NCBI RefSeq assembly: GCF_018977255.1
Contig: NW_024704742.1
Span: forward strand, 127,288,001-127,352,000
Length of the DNA: 64,000 nt
Origin: Callorhinchus milii
Lineage: Eukaryota
Reading direction: 5' to 3'
Shown here: piece by piece, positions 24,891 through 38,900 of the stretch
Layout of the letters: the number at the start of each line of letters is the position of its first letter
How positions within the stretch are numbered: position 1 is the first letter of the stretch
Translations under genes and position numbers: made by a program
The notes under the pieces: model-generated
Databases searched by the model: none
The model's input: the letters and a program-made list of their open reading frames with translations, nothing else
Told to the model about the DNA's origin: nothing

Positions 24891-26857
24891 GTTACAATAT
24901 TAGTTACAAATTGGAAAGAGCAAAAACTTGAGGAAACCTCAAGTGTGTATTGCGGTACTGCTGGAGTTTAACCACATAGCTTGCCTTGGAGAGCACAGTT
25001 TGGCAAGCTTCCTGCTGCTTGTCCAGCGAGGACAGTTAGATCCGCATCTGGGTGATTATCAGCAAGGACACTGGGACAACACCAATAACAACTAGCATTT
25101 ATAAAGTACCCTTCATGCAGGATAGTGTCTTGGAGCGTTGCACAGTGATGAGGCTGGATACCAAGCGAGTGAAAAGGGTGAGATAGTCATGGACAGTATC
25201 GAAAAGGTAGGTCTTAAAACAAAGAATCCATGGCACTATTCACAGTAGGTCTATGCTAGGTGAGTGAAGGGGTGGGCAGAGGCATGGGCTATGAGCTGCA
25301 AAGATCAAATGGCGTTATTCAAAAATTAGAGAGAATAGTGGCATGGGATCTTTAACGTTCAACTGAACATGGTTTAACCTCTCATTCGAAGGATGGCACC
25401 TATGACAATGCAGCACTCCCAGCACTGCATTAATGAGCATCAGCCTGGACTATGAGCTCAAAGTCCCGACGTGAGGCTTGAACTTATAATCTTCCGCGTC
25501 AGAAGCGAGATTGCTACCAACTGTAATAATGACACCTGTAATTATTAAGTAGTAAAGTAAAACAATAAACACCTGTATATTTACTATGCTCTTTCAGCCA
25601 CTATGGTCACAAATATGAAAGTACTGTATTTCCCTATTTCTCACAATTCCTTATGGTTCTTCATTTTACCCTCAATATATGGCATTTATGAATATTTTTC
25701 CAGCCACAGGGAGCTGTGGAAATTAAAGTGGGGGTTATATTCACAAAATTATAGTAACACTGTTTCCAAACCTAAAGTATTTTTCACATTGATAATTCAC
25801 AGGGAGGAAAATCTCCCGAGGTATCCTTATTGCTACTTTTCAATTATACTTTTCAATAGTAGTAAAGATAGTCCTCTTCAGCTAACTTTCTTTTGTTAGT
25901 TAAGAACAAAACCTACCAACAGATGATAGTTTAGTGTACAATACAGTCTAATATTGGGATTCAAACTTCTGTCTCAGTTAATAGTCTAAAACTGTAAGTG
26001 AAACTGCCAGCGCTGCAAATATAGTACTGAGCTGCTCAGTCACTTTAAAGACAAATTTATCCACATCCATTTTCAATGTAAATTACTTTTGTATCTCCAA
26101 ATTGTAAAAGTTTAAAAACAGTTTCTATTGAACAGTATTCCTTAATTACATTCTTCATTAGACTAATGCCAAATGCTGGATGAGATCTGATGATTCAGGG
26201 TAAGTATAAACTCAGAGACCTACTCAGTTTTCAGTAACAGGTTTGTTCAGAGTCAGCTGAGCAGGTCTCTGAAATTAACAAGATTGAATTTCATGCTGTT
26301 TTAGGTACTGAATGGTTCTAACTTTTCCTTCCACTTCCCCCCTTCTCCTTCTCTCACAAAGTTCAAGCAATTTGCAATGAAAGCACAGAATTTCCTTACT
26401 TAATATTTGTTCTTTTTAAACATTATATTTTAGTATTTTTGCCAAAATACTTTGTATTCTACAAACGTGACCCACAATGATTGATTGAAAAATGTACAAA
26501 ATAATGATTGCATTTGATATACAATAATTAAAGCAAGGGTCCAGGGCGAGCAAGGGTGGAGAGAAAGGAGAGGGAGACAGAATTTATTTTTGTTAGAAGG
26601 TTGTCTTGACTCTCTTCTCTCTCTCTCTGTTTTGGCTCCAATACTATTGTTTTTTAAGGATTAGAATATTTTAAAAGCTGGCGGTTGGTCATAATACAAG
26701 TCTTTGTGAAGTGGGTGTTTCTATGACTTTCAGAGTTCCAAAAATGGTCACAGTGGAAATGTATAGATGGCATCACCTGACATTTTTGACTGACGAAAGG
26801 TATTTATTTTTTTTCTTAGAAATTTGGGGATACGCTTTTCTAATGGGCCTGACTTTA

Positions 26858-27585
26858 ACAACAACAACTTGGATTTATATAGCGCCCTCCACGCTGGACG
26901 GCGTCTCAGAGCGCTTTACAGTAACAGATCCCGGGTCCGAGCCAGGGGGAGGGGGGGAAGGTGACCGAAGGTGCGGTCGAAAAGAAAGGTCTTCAACAGA
27001 GACCTGAAAATGGGAAGGTAGGGAGCAAGATGAAGGGATCACATCACATCCAATGCAACCGAGACCTTCGTCCACACTTTGTCACTTCCCACTTCCATTG
27101 TTCCAACGCCCTCCGCTCCAGTCTCCCGAGCTCCACTATCAACAAAATCCAATGAATCCAGAATTCCACTGCCCGTATACTCACCAGCTCTAAACTCCTT
27201 ACCCCATCACACCAGTTCTCACCAGGCTCCACTTGTTCAACTACAAGATCCTCACACTGATCTACAAATCCCTTCATGCCATGCCTTAGCTCCGACCTGC
27301 TTACTCCCCACTTCATATCTCACTGGCTCCTCTTGGCAGGCTCCTGCTTATCCTTCATCCCCTCCACCACTGCTTTCAGACACCCTGAAACTTTGGAACT
27401 CTCTACCTCAATCGCTCCTCCTTGCCCCCTCCTTACCCCTTGTTAGATCACGTCTAAAGCCCTCCCTTTTTGACCATGCTTGGACACCTCCTGCCTATCC
27501 CCAGCTCTGGGTCAGGCTCCTGCACTGTTAAGCATTCCGAGACACTATCCCTCGTGAATGGCACTATATAAATGCAAGTTGTTGG
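26858..27585. mobile_element. Oppositely oriented L2 fragments (minus ~26858-27030, plus ~27040-27585)
   Basis: L2 tails at both outer ends; LWNSLPQSL motif. Confidence 0.75.
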
Positions 27586-27967
27586 TCTTAGTCCTTACAA
27601 AATAGGCACTGGTTGTATAATTTATGTGTTGACCCTTCTTTTGTTGGGTGTTTGCAAACAGGGAGAGAAATCCCTGTGGTCTCTACCAAAATTATTAATG
27701 GAGATTATTACATAGATAGATTCAAATAAATCATCCTGGCCTAGGCTGAAGTCACTTTTCATTCTAGTCCATAAAAGGTAAGGTATCAAGCATCTACATC
27801 ATTTTTCTGAATGGATTTATGCAGTGAAAACTAAGCAAACTGAATTCTTAGCATACATAATTTCTCAAATAATTTACAAAGAAAACATCTGGTTTCAAGT
27901 GAGTTATGAAATTCTGACCTGTTGTGCCAACCCTATGCTGTAATAATAATAATCCTTGCATTTGATA

Positions 27968-29585
27968 ACAACAACAACTTGGATTTATATAGCGCCCTTC
28001 ACGCCGGACAGCGTCTCAGAGCGCTTCACAGTAACGGATCCCGGGGCCGAGCCAGGGGAGGGGGAGGAAGGTGACCAAAGGTGCGGTTGAAAAGGTCTTC
28101 AGCCGAGATCTGAAAATAAGAGGGCAAAGCGAAGGGAGTGAGGAAGAGAATTCCAGAGGCTTGGGGCATAGTGGCTGAAGGCACGGCTGCCGAGGGTGGA
28201 GCGAAGGACTCGGCGGACAAGGAGGAGGTCAGACCGGTAGAATGAAGGCAACGGACACTGTTATGAGGAGAGAGGAGATCAGAGAGGTGGGGGGTGCAGA
28301 GGAGTGGAGGGATTTGAAGACAAGGGTGAGGATCTTAAAGTTGATCCTCTCTGGGACAGGCAGCCAGTGCAGTCTGGCAAGGACTGGGGTAATCGGGGAG
28401 TGGAGGTTGGTGCGGGTAAGAATGCGGGCGGCAGAGTTTTGTATGACCTGGATTTTATGGATGGTCATGGAGGGGAGGCCGGCGTGGAGGGCATTTGAAC
28501 AGTCCAGCCGAGAGGTCACAAAGGCATGGACTAGGGTTTCAGCGGCTTTTGGAGAGAGGTAGTGGCGGAGACGGGTGATGCGTCGGAGGTGGAAAAACGC
28601 GGTGCTGGTGAGGGACCGGATATGGGGGAGGAAGGATAATTGGGGGTCGAATCTGACGCCTAGGTTTCCTACGGGTTTGGAGAGTTTTAGGGGGAGGTCG
28701 GGTAGGTGGAGGAGGTGAGAACCGTGTGATTTAAGACGTTGAGGAGAGCCAAAGAGTATGACTTCCATCTTGTCAACGTTCAGCTGAAATTTGCGCTCAT
28801 CCAGCTTCTGACAGGCAGATTGACAGAACAACAGGGAACTGGGGGTCCGAAAGAGAGGTGGAAAAATGGAGTTGGGTGTCGTCCACATACATGTGGAAAT
28901 GTACCCCATATCTGCGGATGACATCCCCAAGAGAGAGCATATATATTAGGAAGAGGAGGGGGCCAAGGATGGAACCTTGGGGTACCCCGCAGGTAACCGG
29001 GTGAGAGCGGGAGGAGAAGCCGTTTGTGCAGATGTACTGCTGGCGGTTTGTGAGGTAGGACTCGAACCAGGCGAGTGCGGTCCCACTGAGGTGGATGACA
29101 GAGGAAAGGTGGTGGAGGAGGATGGCATGATCGACTGTGTCGAACACGGCGGAGAGGTCCAGGAGGACAAGGAGGGAGAGGGAGCCCTGGTCACAGATAG
29201 AGAAGATGTCATTTATGACTTTCACAAGCGCAGTCTCTGTACTGTGGGCAGGGCGGAAATTGGACTGGAGTGGTTTGAAAGGGAGTGGGAGGAGAGGTGT
29301 GCTCGGAATTGACTTGCAATAACGCGTTCTAGGACTTTTGCGAGCAAGGGCAGGTTTGAAATAGGGTGGTAGTGCCTCTGGTTTGAGGGATCTAGGGAAG
29401 GTTTTTTTGAGGAGGGAGTGATGACAGCAGTTTTGAGGGGTGCAGGGACTGATCCAGAGAAGAGGGACTGGTTGATAACATCTTCTAACACCAGTAGTGG
29501 GCAGAAGAGGGGGAGCTAGGTGACCAGCAAGTTGGTGGGGAGGGGTTCGAGGCAGCAGGTGGTGGGTTTCATTGAGTGCTTTTCA
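27968..29585 (-). mobile_element. L2 LINE, 1.6 kb 5'-truncated copy with frameshifted reverse transcriptase
   Basis: YHPISNLPLLAKVLE, LLDLSAVFDTVDH, GVPQGSILGPLLF, YVDDTQL, VTSRLDCSNAL. Confidence 0.95.
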
Positions 29586-29587
29586 GC

Positions 29588-29935
29588 GATATAGCGCTTT
29601 TCACGTCTTCTAGATGTCTCAAAGTGCTTCACAGAATATACTGTGAAGTGAATTGACTGTATCTTTTGGGCAAAACAAGGCAGCCAATTGCGCACAGCAG
29701 TGTCCCACAAACAGTCGTGGATTGAGTGAACCAATTCTTATTGNTTTTTTTTAGGGATTATTATCCTCAGAAAAACGATCTGCCAATCAACTGACAACCG
29801 GGTTCCCACTTACTGCTGGGCAAACAGAGGCATCTGGAGTAAGGAACCTTGCCCAACATTTCACCCTGCCGGGAATTGAACCCAGATCTCTCACTTGCGA
29901 AGCGAGTCCTCTAACTGCTGAGCTACAGGACTGCA
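29588..29935 (-). mobile_element. tRNA-derived SINE, long variant; tail separated to ~27942-27967 by an L2 insertion
   Basis: Head at 29935, extra internal block; tail taataatccttgcatttgata resumes on the far side of the L2. Confidence 0.88.
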
Positions 29936-29994
29936 TTGCAACAACCACTTTAATATAATGTGTAAGTTGTATGAAAGTTTACCATTTCTTTTTC

Positions 29995-30690
29995 TCCAAA
30001 GGGATTTGGATGTCCACGCACACAAATTACTAAAAACAAGCTCACAGGTACAAAAAGTGATCCAAAAGACTAATGGGATGTTAGCCTTTATCTCAAGGGG
30101 GATGGAATATAAAGGAAAGGAAATGATGCTTCAACTGTATACAGCTTTGGTCAGACCTCACCTGGAGTACTGTGTTTAGTTTTGGGAAGCATATGTTGGC
30201 TCTGCAGGGGATACAGTACAGATTCACCAGAATTCACCAGGGCTTAAAGGATTAAATTATGGGGACAGGTTGTATAAACTTGGTCTGTATTCCCTTGAGT
30301 TTAGAAGGTTGAAGGGTGATCTAATTAAGGTGTTTAAAATAAAAAAGGGATTTGATAAGGTAGATAGAGAAACTATTTCATCCGGTTGAGGAATCCAGAA
30401 CAAGGGTATGGCATAATCTTAAAATTAGAGCTAGACCTTTTAGGAGTGAAATTAGGAGGCACGTTTTCACCCAAAGGGTAGTGGAAATCTGGAACTCTCT
30501 TCCCCAAAAGGCTGTGTATGCTGGATCCATTCAAATTTTCAAGACTGAGGTGGTTGGATTTTGTTAGGTAAAGGTATCAAGGGATATGGGGCAAGAGTGG
30601 GTAACTGGAGTCAAAATACAGATCAGCCATGATCTTATAGAATTGCAGAACATGCTCAAGGGGCTGAATAGCCTACTCCGGTTTCTATGT
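29995..30690 (+). mobile_element. CR1 LINE 3' fragment
   Basis: LYTALVRPHLEYCV and CR1-type 3' UTR. Confidence 0.9.
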
Positions 30691-33600
30691 GTGAATTATC
30701 TATTGTTCGATTGATATCCTATAGGATTGTGATGCACAATCATCACTTTGGAACAGAATGTATGTTATTTAACAATGAAGTTGTGAATAATCGTAGAATT
30801 TTACAGCAGAAAAGGTGACTATTAGGTCCATCATACCCGAGGCTGGCTCCATCAAAAGAGTTATCTATTTTACCCCTCTGCCAATACCATTTTATATTTT
30901 TTCTTTTTTAGATATTTGTCTAATTCCTTTTATTGTCAATACGAATTCCTGTGTATTGTCAAATTAATTTAAAATGTATGCCTAGTTAAATTTGATGGCT
31001 TCAGACAACTTAATAATCCTAAACAACAAAGCCCAAGTGACATGTTTTTTTTATCTGCACCCAGAAATTAAAATTACTTCCCATTATTCACTCCCATCCA
31101 CCTACAACATTTTGATTCACTGAAGTTATCACGAAGAATCTATTATGATGGCATTACTATAGACTTATATGGTTATTCAATTCACAGGAGAACTTGATCA
31201 AAATTCTTAAAAAAGTAAAATGTACTTTACTGATTCACATGATATCAAACTATAAAACAGAATATTGACAATTTGAAAAAAATCACACAACCTTAAGTTT
31301 TTGAATATAACAATAAAAGCTCTCACCAAATTTATGCAACATGTGGAAAGTTACAGAAATTTATAGCCTAATATATATTAGCACTGCAAATGCAATAATC
31401 CCTTTGGTTATGTTGAATTTTTTTTTGAAAACTGACTTAAAAAAAGACAGAAGTCAGATGTTTCGTTTGATAATGAGTGACATGAACCAGGATATATGAG
31501 AGTTATTTGACATCCACATAATATAGTCCTGTAACACACTCCTTAATTTCTACATACTTTACTGAATATACACAACAAATTATGAGTAACTTACAAGAGC
31601 AATTTACAAGCATATTATACCAACTCTGTACAATGAAGCAACGTGGTCAAAATCTGCCAGGACAGACAAATCCCACCAATGTTAAAAAAAAGTTTTAAAA
31701 AAAAAGCTATTTCTAGGCAGTCATTTCATTTAGAAGTTCAAATTATATATGTCAAGCCACATAACTCTCACTGAGAAGATTGCCTGGTAATTAATTCTTG
31801 TTATCTTTTATTCTTCAGACTTAATTTTCATTCTTCATTTCTACTGCTTTAACAAACTGACGCCTCAGTGAGAACAATTCCCACAGGGTTTAAGCCAAAA
31901 CATTAGCTGTAGAGAGGGTATCTGTTTCTATGACTTAGATTAGACTAATTTAGATTACAAAACATTAAACACTAACATAAGGATCATATAAGGGCTTTCA
32001 TAATACAAGCAGAATATGTACACGATGAGGGCACATTTATAAAGAAGAATTCTAATGACATAGTCAAATAACCCACTATAATGCTGTAATTCTGGACTTG
32101 AATCTACATTATAAAGAGAATATGTTATAGATTATAACATCAATTATTATCTATTATGTCAGTCTCTTGGAAACAGTGGTCATAATAGACTGATGACGAG
32201 GTCGAGTCCTCTTTATATTACATTTTGCTGTGTTCCATCAAGTTATATATTTGATGAGGTTTGTGGTGTGGCTTTTTTCTTTCATGTCCATCTGCCTAAC
32301 AATACTGATGTTTAACCATGTACTAACATTTGCAAATATTATACACTGTTGTACTTAGTTGCAGAACAATTATATCAGTCACACATAGATAACATGTGCA
32401 GCATAACTTCAATATACTCAGGGTTTTGAATTAAATTGTGAGAGCAAAATGTGATTTGTTTTGGAGAGAAGAATTGAGCTTTAAATACATACTCAAATGT
32501 AACACTATACAAGTTTTCCTAGCGAGATTTAAATTGCCACAATTTGTACAGTCTACTTTTGGCAAATAATATAGCTAAATTACATGCTCTGCAGCTTCAT
32601 TATGGAAAGTGAATCATTACAAATCAGAGAAGGTAGGATTTTTTTTTGGCAGCTAAGACCTCTTAAATCAAGCAGCTGTGTTCATAGCATAAGTACATGA
32701 AGTACAATTGTTAACTAAAATTATTCAGTGTTTTACACTCATCTAGATATTTTTGGTTCTTATGTTATGGGCTTAACTGCAACAATTATGTTTACGATGT
32801 GAGATGATACAACACGTAAAAAGGTATTATTCAGGGTTAATTACAAAAATTATACTAAAATCCTTTGTGCTACCATGAACACTCACTTGAGTGCTCTAAT
32901 ATGACTTGAATTCCCATATCTAAGTGTGAATATATTTATAATGAAGACTTGACGAGCTTTCTATAGTTGGCTCGTGTGATACATTCTAAAAGCACGGAGG
33001 AACTATGATGATTAGAACTACACCATAGCTATCATAGCTATAGTGGGTGATCATTCCATGCACTGCTTCGATGAGAATGCTCTGTACATGTTCTCTGCAC
33101 ACAAAGTATTCCACAAGCTGTGAAAGCAATTGCGTGTGCCTTGTCCATTATATGCAAATAGGCATTGTATGTAATGGATACCAGATGGTCCTAACCTCTT
33201 TGGTTGGGCAACAAAATAAATGTTTCTTGATTGAATATTTCTTGATTCGTGGCATAAATCTTTGCTATTTTGTTATTTCTATTACTTTATTGGCCAACCA
33301 AAAAACTGAAGCAGTTTAGTAAGATGTGAGTGCTGCAAGAAGCTCTTTGGAGTAATAAGGGAGAGTTGTGCATCTCAAGACCAATATCACAAATTATCTA
33401 TGTGAGCATGCGGGCGTACGGAGCACATTGGGGTGCTTTCCGAAAGTGTCAAATGTGCCTTATCGCCCAGGGCGTGTGCGGGTACGCACTTGGGTGTAGT
33501 GTACACAGGGGCGACTCCCAAATGTTTTAAAGTGAGCGTCCCAAAAAAGTGTGCACAACCTATGTGCGGTGAAGGAATGTACCGTAAACAACGGAATGTT

Positions 33601-34834
33601 TTTGGGATTGGGAGACAGGGGAAAAAAATGGTAACAGAAGATGTTGTACGTTGTGTTTGTTTTGGATTTCTGTTGCACCAAATATATATTTTCCCCCCCA
33701 AAAAATCGAATGATCAGAGGGAATACTTCTCACTCTTGTTTTAAGAGTTACAAAACGAACAACAATATGCAAAAAGGATGATTTTATTTTTAAAAACACC
33801 TTGCAAGTCCAAAATATGTAAGCAAATAATGGGAAAAAGTAAAATAAGAGGTACTGTATTTTTGCTGGCATAATCTGCTTTTGAAATGACTTCACTCATA
33901 TAAAGGTAGTTCACACCTATGCCAGTTTGATTTGGCAGAGACATTAATTGGGAGGTTTACAGTATAATTTTGATTAACTGAAGCAGACACAGGGGTTTCT
34001 GATTATCTTAGGGTTTTTTTTAAGCGTGAAATAAAAGGAAAGTCTCTTAAAAACGGTAGAAATCGCAGTCTTCCCAAAGTTGATCGCCCAGCAACTCACT
34101 GCTGGTCACATACGCGCATTGATCACACTCAGAAACTGTTGGTTTTTGCAACAGCCCTTCAAAAAAAAAACCCAAATACATGTATAAAAATGGCTCACCG
34201 CGACATGAGCAATTCCTGAAAGCTTTCACCGCCACCGCCAACAAAAAGCATTTATATCGCAATCTCTGCACATTCCGCTGACAAGACCGTTATTTCACTT
34301 TTACATTCTGTGGTGCTGCATTTTGCAATTCATTGCCATATACATATACATATATATTTTAGTTGTGTGTAAGTCCGCGCACAGTATATTACACATCAAC
34401 ACACACGCGCATCGCAAAAAATGCTACAACTCAGAAAATGTAATCTCCAATCGCACAGGCGCTGGAACAGACTGATTATCATCACTGAATGCATCGCGAT
34501 TTTTTTTTAAAAAAAAGAACATATGTCTCACTAGAAATAAGATGTGGTGAAGTGGGTGGAGGGAGGGAGGGAGGGAGTTCAGCAGCAGTGTAACCAGCTT
34601 AAGCGGGTTCACGCCCAATTGGGCGTGTTTTCTGTTACTGTGCACGAAATGACTTTGGGAGGGGGGGGGGGGGGGGAGCGCCAGGTTTTTTTTAAAAAAA
34701 AGAAATGATATCTTGCCAGACGTTTCTCTCCCCCCCCCCCCCCCCCCCCCTTTGAAGACGATTTCTTAGCCTCAAAAGCACGAAGGCAAATCGGTCCCTC
34801 TGTTATCCCCACTGGGGAGGGCAACGCGTCGTGC

Positions 34835-35004
34835 TTGGGCTACTTTTGGGCTAGTAACTCGGGTGGTTTGGGCTACTTTTTTTTTTTTTGGGGGGGGGGG
34901 GCTAAATAACTCGGTTGATTTTGGGCTACTTTTGGGGGGGGGGGGTTGGCAATTTTGGTCGACTTTTGGGCTACAAACGTATTGCAAATTACCGCCCACC
35001 CTGG
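34835..35004. repeat. Five TTGGGCTA(C) repeats, possible MITE relic
   Basis: Copies at ~34835, 34846, 34868, 34921 and 34966. Confidence 0.45.
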
Positions 35005-35072
35005 TCAGTCAGTCAGTCAGTCAGTCAGTCAGTCTCTCTCCCCCCCTCCCTCCCTCCCCGGGTTACACTCAC

Positions 35073-35283
35073 CTTCCTCGCCGTACTGATCGTAGATGGA
35101 TCGCTTCTTGGGGTCGCTCAGCACCTCGTAAGCCTCGGCCACCTCTTTGAATCTCTCCTCGGCGTTGGGCTCCTTGTTTTTGTCCGGGTGAAACTTCAGA
35201 GCCATTTTCCTGTAGGCTCTCTTAATCTCGTCCTCGTTGGCCCCGGAGCCGATGCCGAGAGTGCTGTAATAATTCTTGCCCAT
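35073..35283 (-). CDS. DNAJB5: DnaJ/Hsp40 subfamily B member 5, coding exon 1 (J domain, 211 bp)
   Basis: [70 protein letters not shown](G) with HPD motif; donor gtgagt. Confidence 0.96.
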
Positions 35284-35559
35284 GATTTCCAGAATACGTT
35301 GCAACTCGAGCAAAAAAAAAAATACCCCCCTCTCCCCCCCTCCTCCTCCCCCTTTCAGATTGTAACGTAGTCCAACCGCAAATTGACAGGACACCTCCAC
35401 TGATTCCCTCGCGAATAAGGCTTATCAAATGCAATATCTCCACCGCTCAAACCCCCTTTATTTTTTTTACTGTTAATATTCAATTATTTTCCTTTTTTTT
35501 CCCCCCTCTCCCCCTTTTTTTTAAGTTCCCCTCAAAACCAACACGTCAACTACTACTAC

Positions 35560-35975
35560 TACTACTGCCGCCGTCCTCTCTCTCTCTCTCTCTCTCCCAC
35601 CCTCTCCGCTCTCCGGCGCCGCCAAACTTGACGTCTGCGCAAGCCCCGCCCCCGCTGGGGACAGGGGCTCCCGCCGCCGCCCCGCGCTGCTGATTGGACG
35701 GCGCGTGCCCGCGTCACCCCGCCACCTCCGCGCTGGGGCCCGGGTGACGTGGAGGAGCCGCCCGCTTCTTCGCGCACCCGATTGGCCGCGCGGCCTGTCA
35801 GTCAGCTCCGGTTTGAGCCTGACCCGCCCCCCGCCCAGCAGGTTAGGTTGTGCCGCGAGTGGTGACTCATGAGACGGAATTGGAAGCTCAGAAACTTCCA
35901 GAAACATTCCGTCGGCGGCCATCGCCATCGCTTCCGGTCCGGTTCCCAACCGCTGCCGCTCAGGTCCCATTCGAG
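35560..35975 (-). promoter_or_regulatory. CpG-island promoter of DNAJB5
   Basis: Very GC/CpG-rich. GC box 35643-35652, CCAAT boxes (ATTGG 35693, 35781), CRE-like TGACGT (35629, 35745), AP-1 TGACTCA 35863-35869, ETS CTTCCGGT 35931-35938. Confidence 0.85.
35890..35904. promoter_or_regulatory. Heat-shock element (HSF site)
   Basis: aGAAa-cTTCc-aGAAa: three perfect alternating nGAAn units upstream of an Hsp40 gene. Confidence 0.7.
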
Positions 35976-38900
35976 GATACGTTTTGACATGTTTTGGCTC
36001 AACTCATTTTGTTCGCTTTACAATAGCAGACGGTGAGGTTATGGAGGAACATCTTTTATCCCAGACAGTCACTCTCTCCTCCTATAACTGTCTCTCCTCC
36101 CTCCCTCCCTCTCTCCCCCTCCTCATCCCACGACAATCATCTGCTTTTCTCCCCCCACTAATCGCCCACAAAATATACCGTCAATTCACTTTACAGTATA
36201 TCCCGTGAAGACGTCTCAAAGGCGTGATAAGGTGCTTATAATCAAATGCAAGGATTATTTATGACCATTATTAGTTCTCTTCTAAGTGTTTTTCTCCCTC
36301 TCCTGGGACAATCATCTCATTTATCCTCCGGTCTCAGCCAACTCAGTGTGACTTGGGGAAGTCAACCTGTCACCGAGGGAAAGATTCTTCCCATTTGACT
36401 CCCGTTGAACCTGCAAGTGGAAGTTCGAATGGGCAGTGGATGGTCCTAACTGGTCAAGCCGTCTTTAGCGGGTTAAACTTCAGCAGCTTACGCTGGGGGA
36501 CCCCAAGCCTTTCGCTCTTGACCATCTGCGACAACGCTTTCTGGAATTAGTTAAAACAGGGTGTGTCCCAATGGGGAGAGTGTGGGCTTGATTTCAGATC
36601 AGTCTTCAAAGTCATCAGGGGAATGAATGCATTGGTTGTCTAGGGTGCACGTGAGTCACTGAATCGTAAGTTTGTCAAATTACTTGGTATGTCACTAATG
36701 ACTATCCTTGGGGTGGGGTGGGGTGGGGTGGTAAGCTCTTTGGGCTTCAAGGTGATGTGCTTGGCACTGGTATGTTCGAATTGGCTCTCAGTATTCTGGA
36801 GTCAGGTTGTGGACGCTTGATGACATGTGAGCATTGCCTGGCTCAGTGGCAGGACTTCGAGTGGTAGACTTCTCACTGGGAGTGGAGATTCTTCTCACTT
36901 GGCTCATGTTAACTCTGCAAATCATGGTAGGGTAGTCCTAGCTGGATAGGCAGCAATGGAACTGGAGGTCAAATAACTTAATAAGTGGAAGATGATGCCA
37001 AAAGTGAAGGAGAAGCTAGAGGGAAGCAGAGCTACTGGACACCACCCAGAAGTACATTGTAGTATCAATGAAGAACTAGAACCTCCAGCAGGAGTGACAT
37101 TCCTTTTGTTGCCCAATATTAGGTGATCTAAATAAAGTAATTCTGACTTGTATCTGAGCAAATTGAGCTATTAATTGGAGCTATGCCAATAAAGGAGTAA
37201 TCATACAAACAATATATTAAAATGTCCTGCTTGAGTGAAGAACCTCCTTTTACCATTTTTAAATACAATTACTGGATAAGAGAGAAACAATGATGTCTCA
37301 AAAAGTTACAGATACTTTCAACTTCAATAAATGCAACATTTTATAAAATTTCATGAGAAAATTTACAGCATATATTTTGTCATGTTATGATAGTTGTATT
37401 TTTGAGACTTAATTGCCAAATCAGTGTTGTGCCTCTTTGTATGATTGCTAAAATGTTTCAATATTTGCCTAAGCAACATTGTGTGTGTATTGAAATATCA
37501 CATACATTAGAGATGAAATTTACCTTCTTCAAAATTTTAAAGTTTTAAAATGAATTTAAGACCCTTGATAATGATTTCAGTTACAATTTAATTGCACTGA
37601 CCTAGCAGGGAGGGAGCTTTAAAACTCATTCTGGTACACATAAAGTAATTTAATATCTAATGTTTATTTGCAGATATTCAAAATTATTCATCTATATATG
37701 AAATTAATTTACAAAAGAAATAGGAGCAAGATATTGTTATTTGGAAACACTTGCAATTAGTTTAGAGATGTTGAACCAATATTAATATGTTCATATGTTC
37801 CAAAGATATTGGAATAAATATCTTCAATTGTAAACTTCAAAGTGGTTACTAATATTGCAGTTGTTCAGTAAATGATTATTTGAAGAGAGTTCTCTTTACA
37901 GGTTCAAATTGTTAGTGGTAGTGTCATGGAGCTTGGTATTTTATAAGCAATGCTTCAGTGATTAGACTCAGGGCCTTTTGAGTCAGGAGGACAAAAACAG
38001 TATCCTGTTTATATTAACAAATTTAAAATACGCAGTTCTCAAAATAAATTAAAAATATATAATGGACACAAGCATATATTTTATTGACACCCAATGAGTC
38101 ATAATACGTAAAATGCTGTCACTTACGGTTTGAGCAGAGTGAGTGAGCTGACCCACTTCTTGTTGCAAGTCACTCCAAGGTCCAATTCTCCTGCCTGCTC
38201 AAACACCTGGTATTTTATCCCCTTGTCCACTTGTAATCTCACACTCACAAAATACAAATACACATTCTTATAGACGATGTGTTTTCATTAAAATCAGGCC
38301 CCCTTCACACAACAACAACATACTTTAACTAGTGAGGCGTTCCTGCTACTTGTGGGGTGTAAATGACCGAAACAATATCATGCAAGCACGAAGGCAACAT
38401 TCGAACAGACATTCAGTCTCCATTCAAACGAGTATTCAATCGAGTTTGCAGGTACCCTGGTCACGACGTTACCACCGCCAATTAGCGTAGTCATTATATA
38501 ATAAAAGGAGTGCAACACTGTCTTAAGAATAATAACACCCTTACATTTGGTATGTAGTATATCCCCCCCCCCCCCCCTCCCCTCCCCGGGGCTCGAAGTC
38601 AGGCTCCGTCACTGTTAAATGCTCTGAGAAGCTAACCTGCATGGAGGGTGCTATATAAGTGCAGTTGTTGTTGTGTCGTACCTTTCACTTTGGAGAATTC
38701 TCAAATCGCTTACAGGATGTAGTGTAGTGACTGGTGAACTTGTTTTTTTTAAATAATTAGTGTAGCAAACAAAAGGTTACATATTATTTTTCCACTATTT
38801 CAAACAAGCCCAGGTCTTCCTTGGGAAACGTTTCCTTTCTGAAATACTGTATTGATATAAAATTGTCAGTCTTTCAGAGTTTGTTTAAAAAAGTAATAGC

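Noticed and set aside
32165..32212. CTGATGA with an upstream GAAA, a possible hammerhead
   Set aside because: No GAAA after the stem and no valid stem I.
34660..34750. G and C homopolymers as G-quadruplex or inverted repeat
   Set aside because: Simple homopolymers of uncertain assembled length.
35284..35400. N-terminal extension of the DNAJB5 ORF in the track
   Set aside because: Non-ATG start and homopolymer-derived residues; the conserved start is MGK at 35283.
35521..35970. 149-aa minus-strand ORF in the CpG island
   Set aside because: Stop-codon depletion in GC-rich promoter DNA; low-complexity product.
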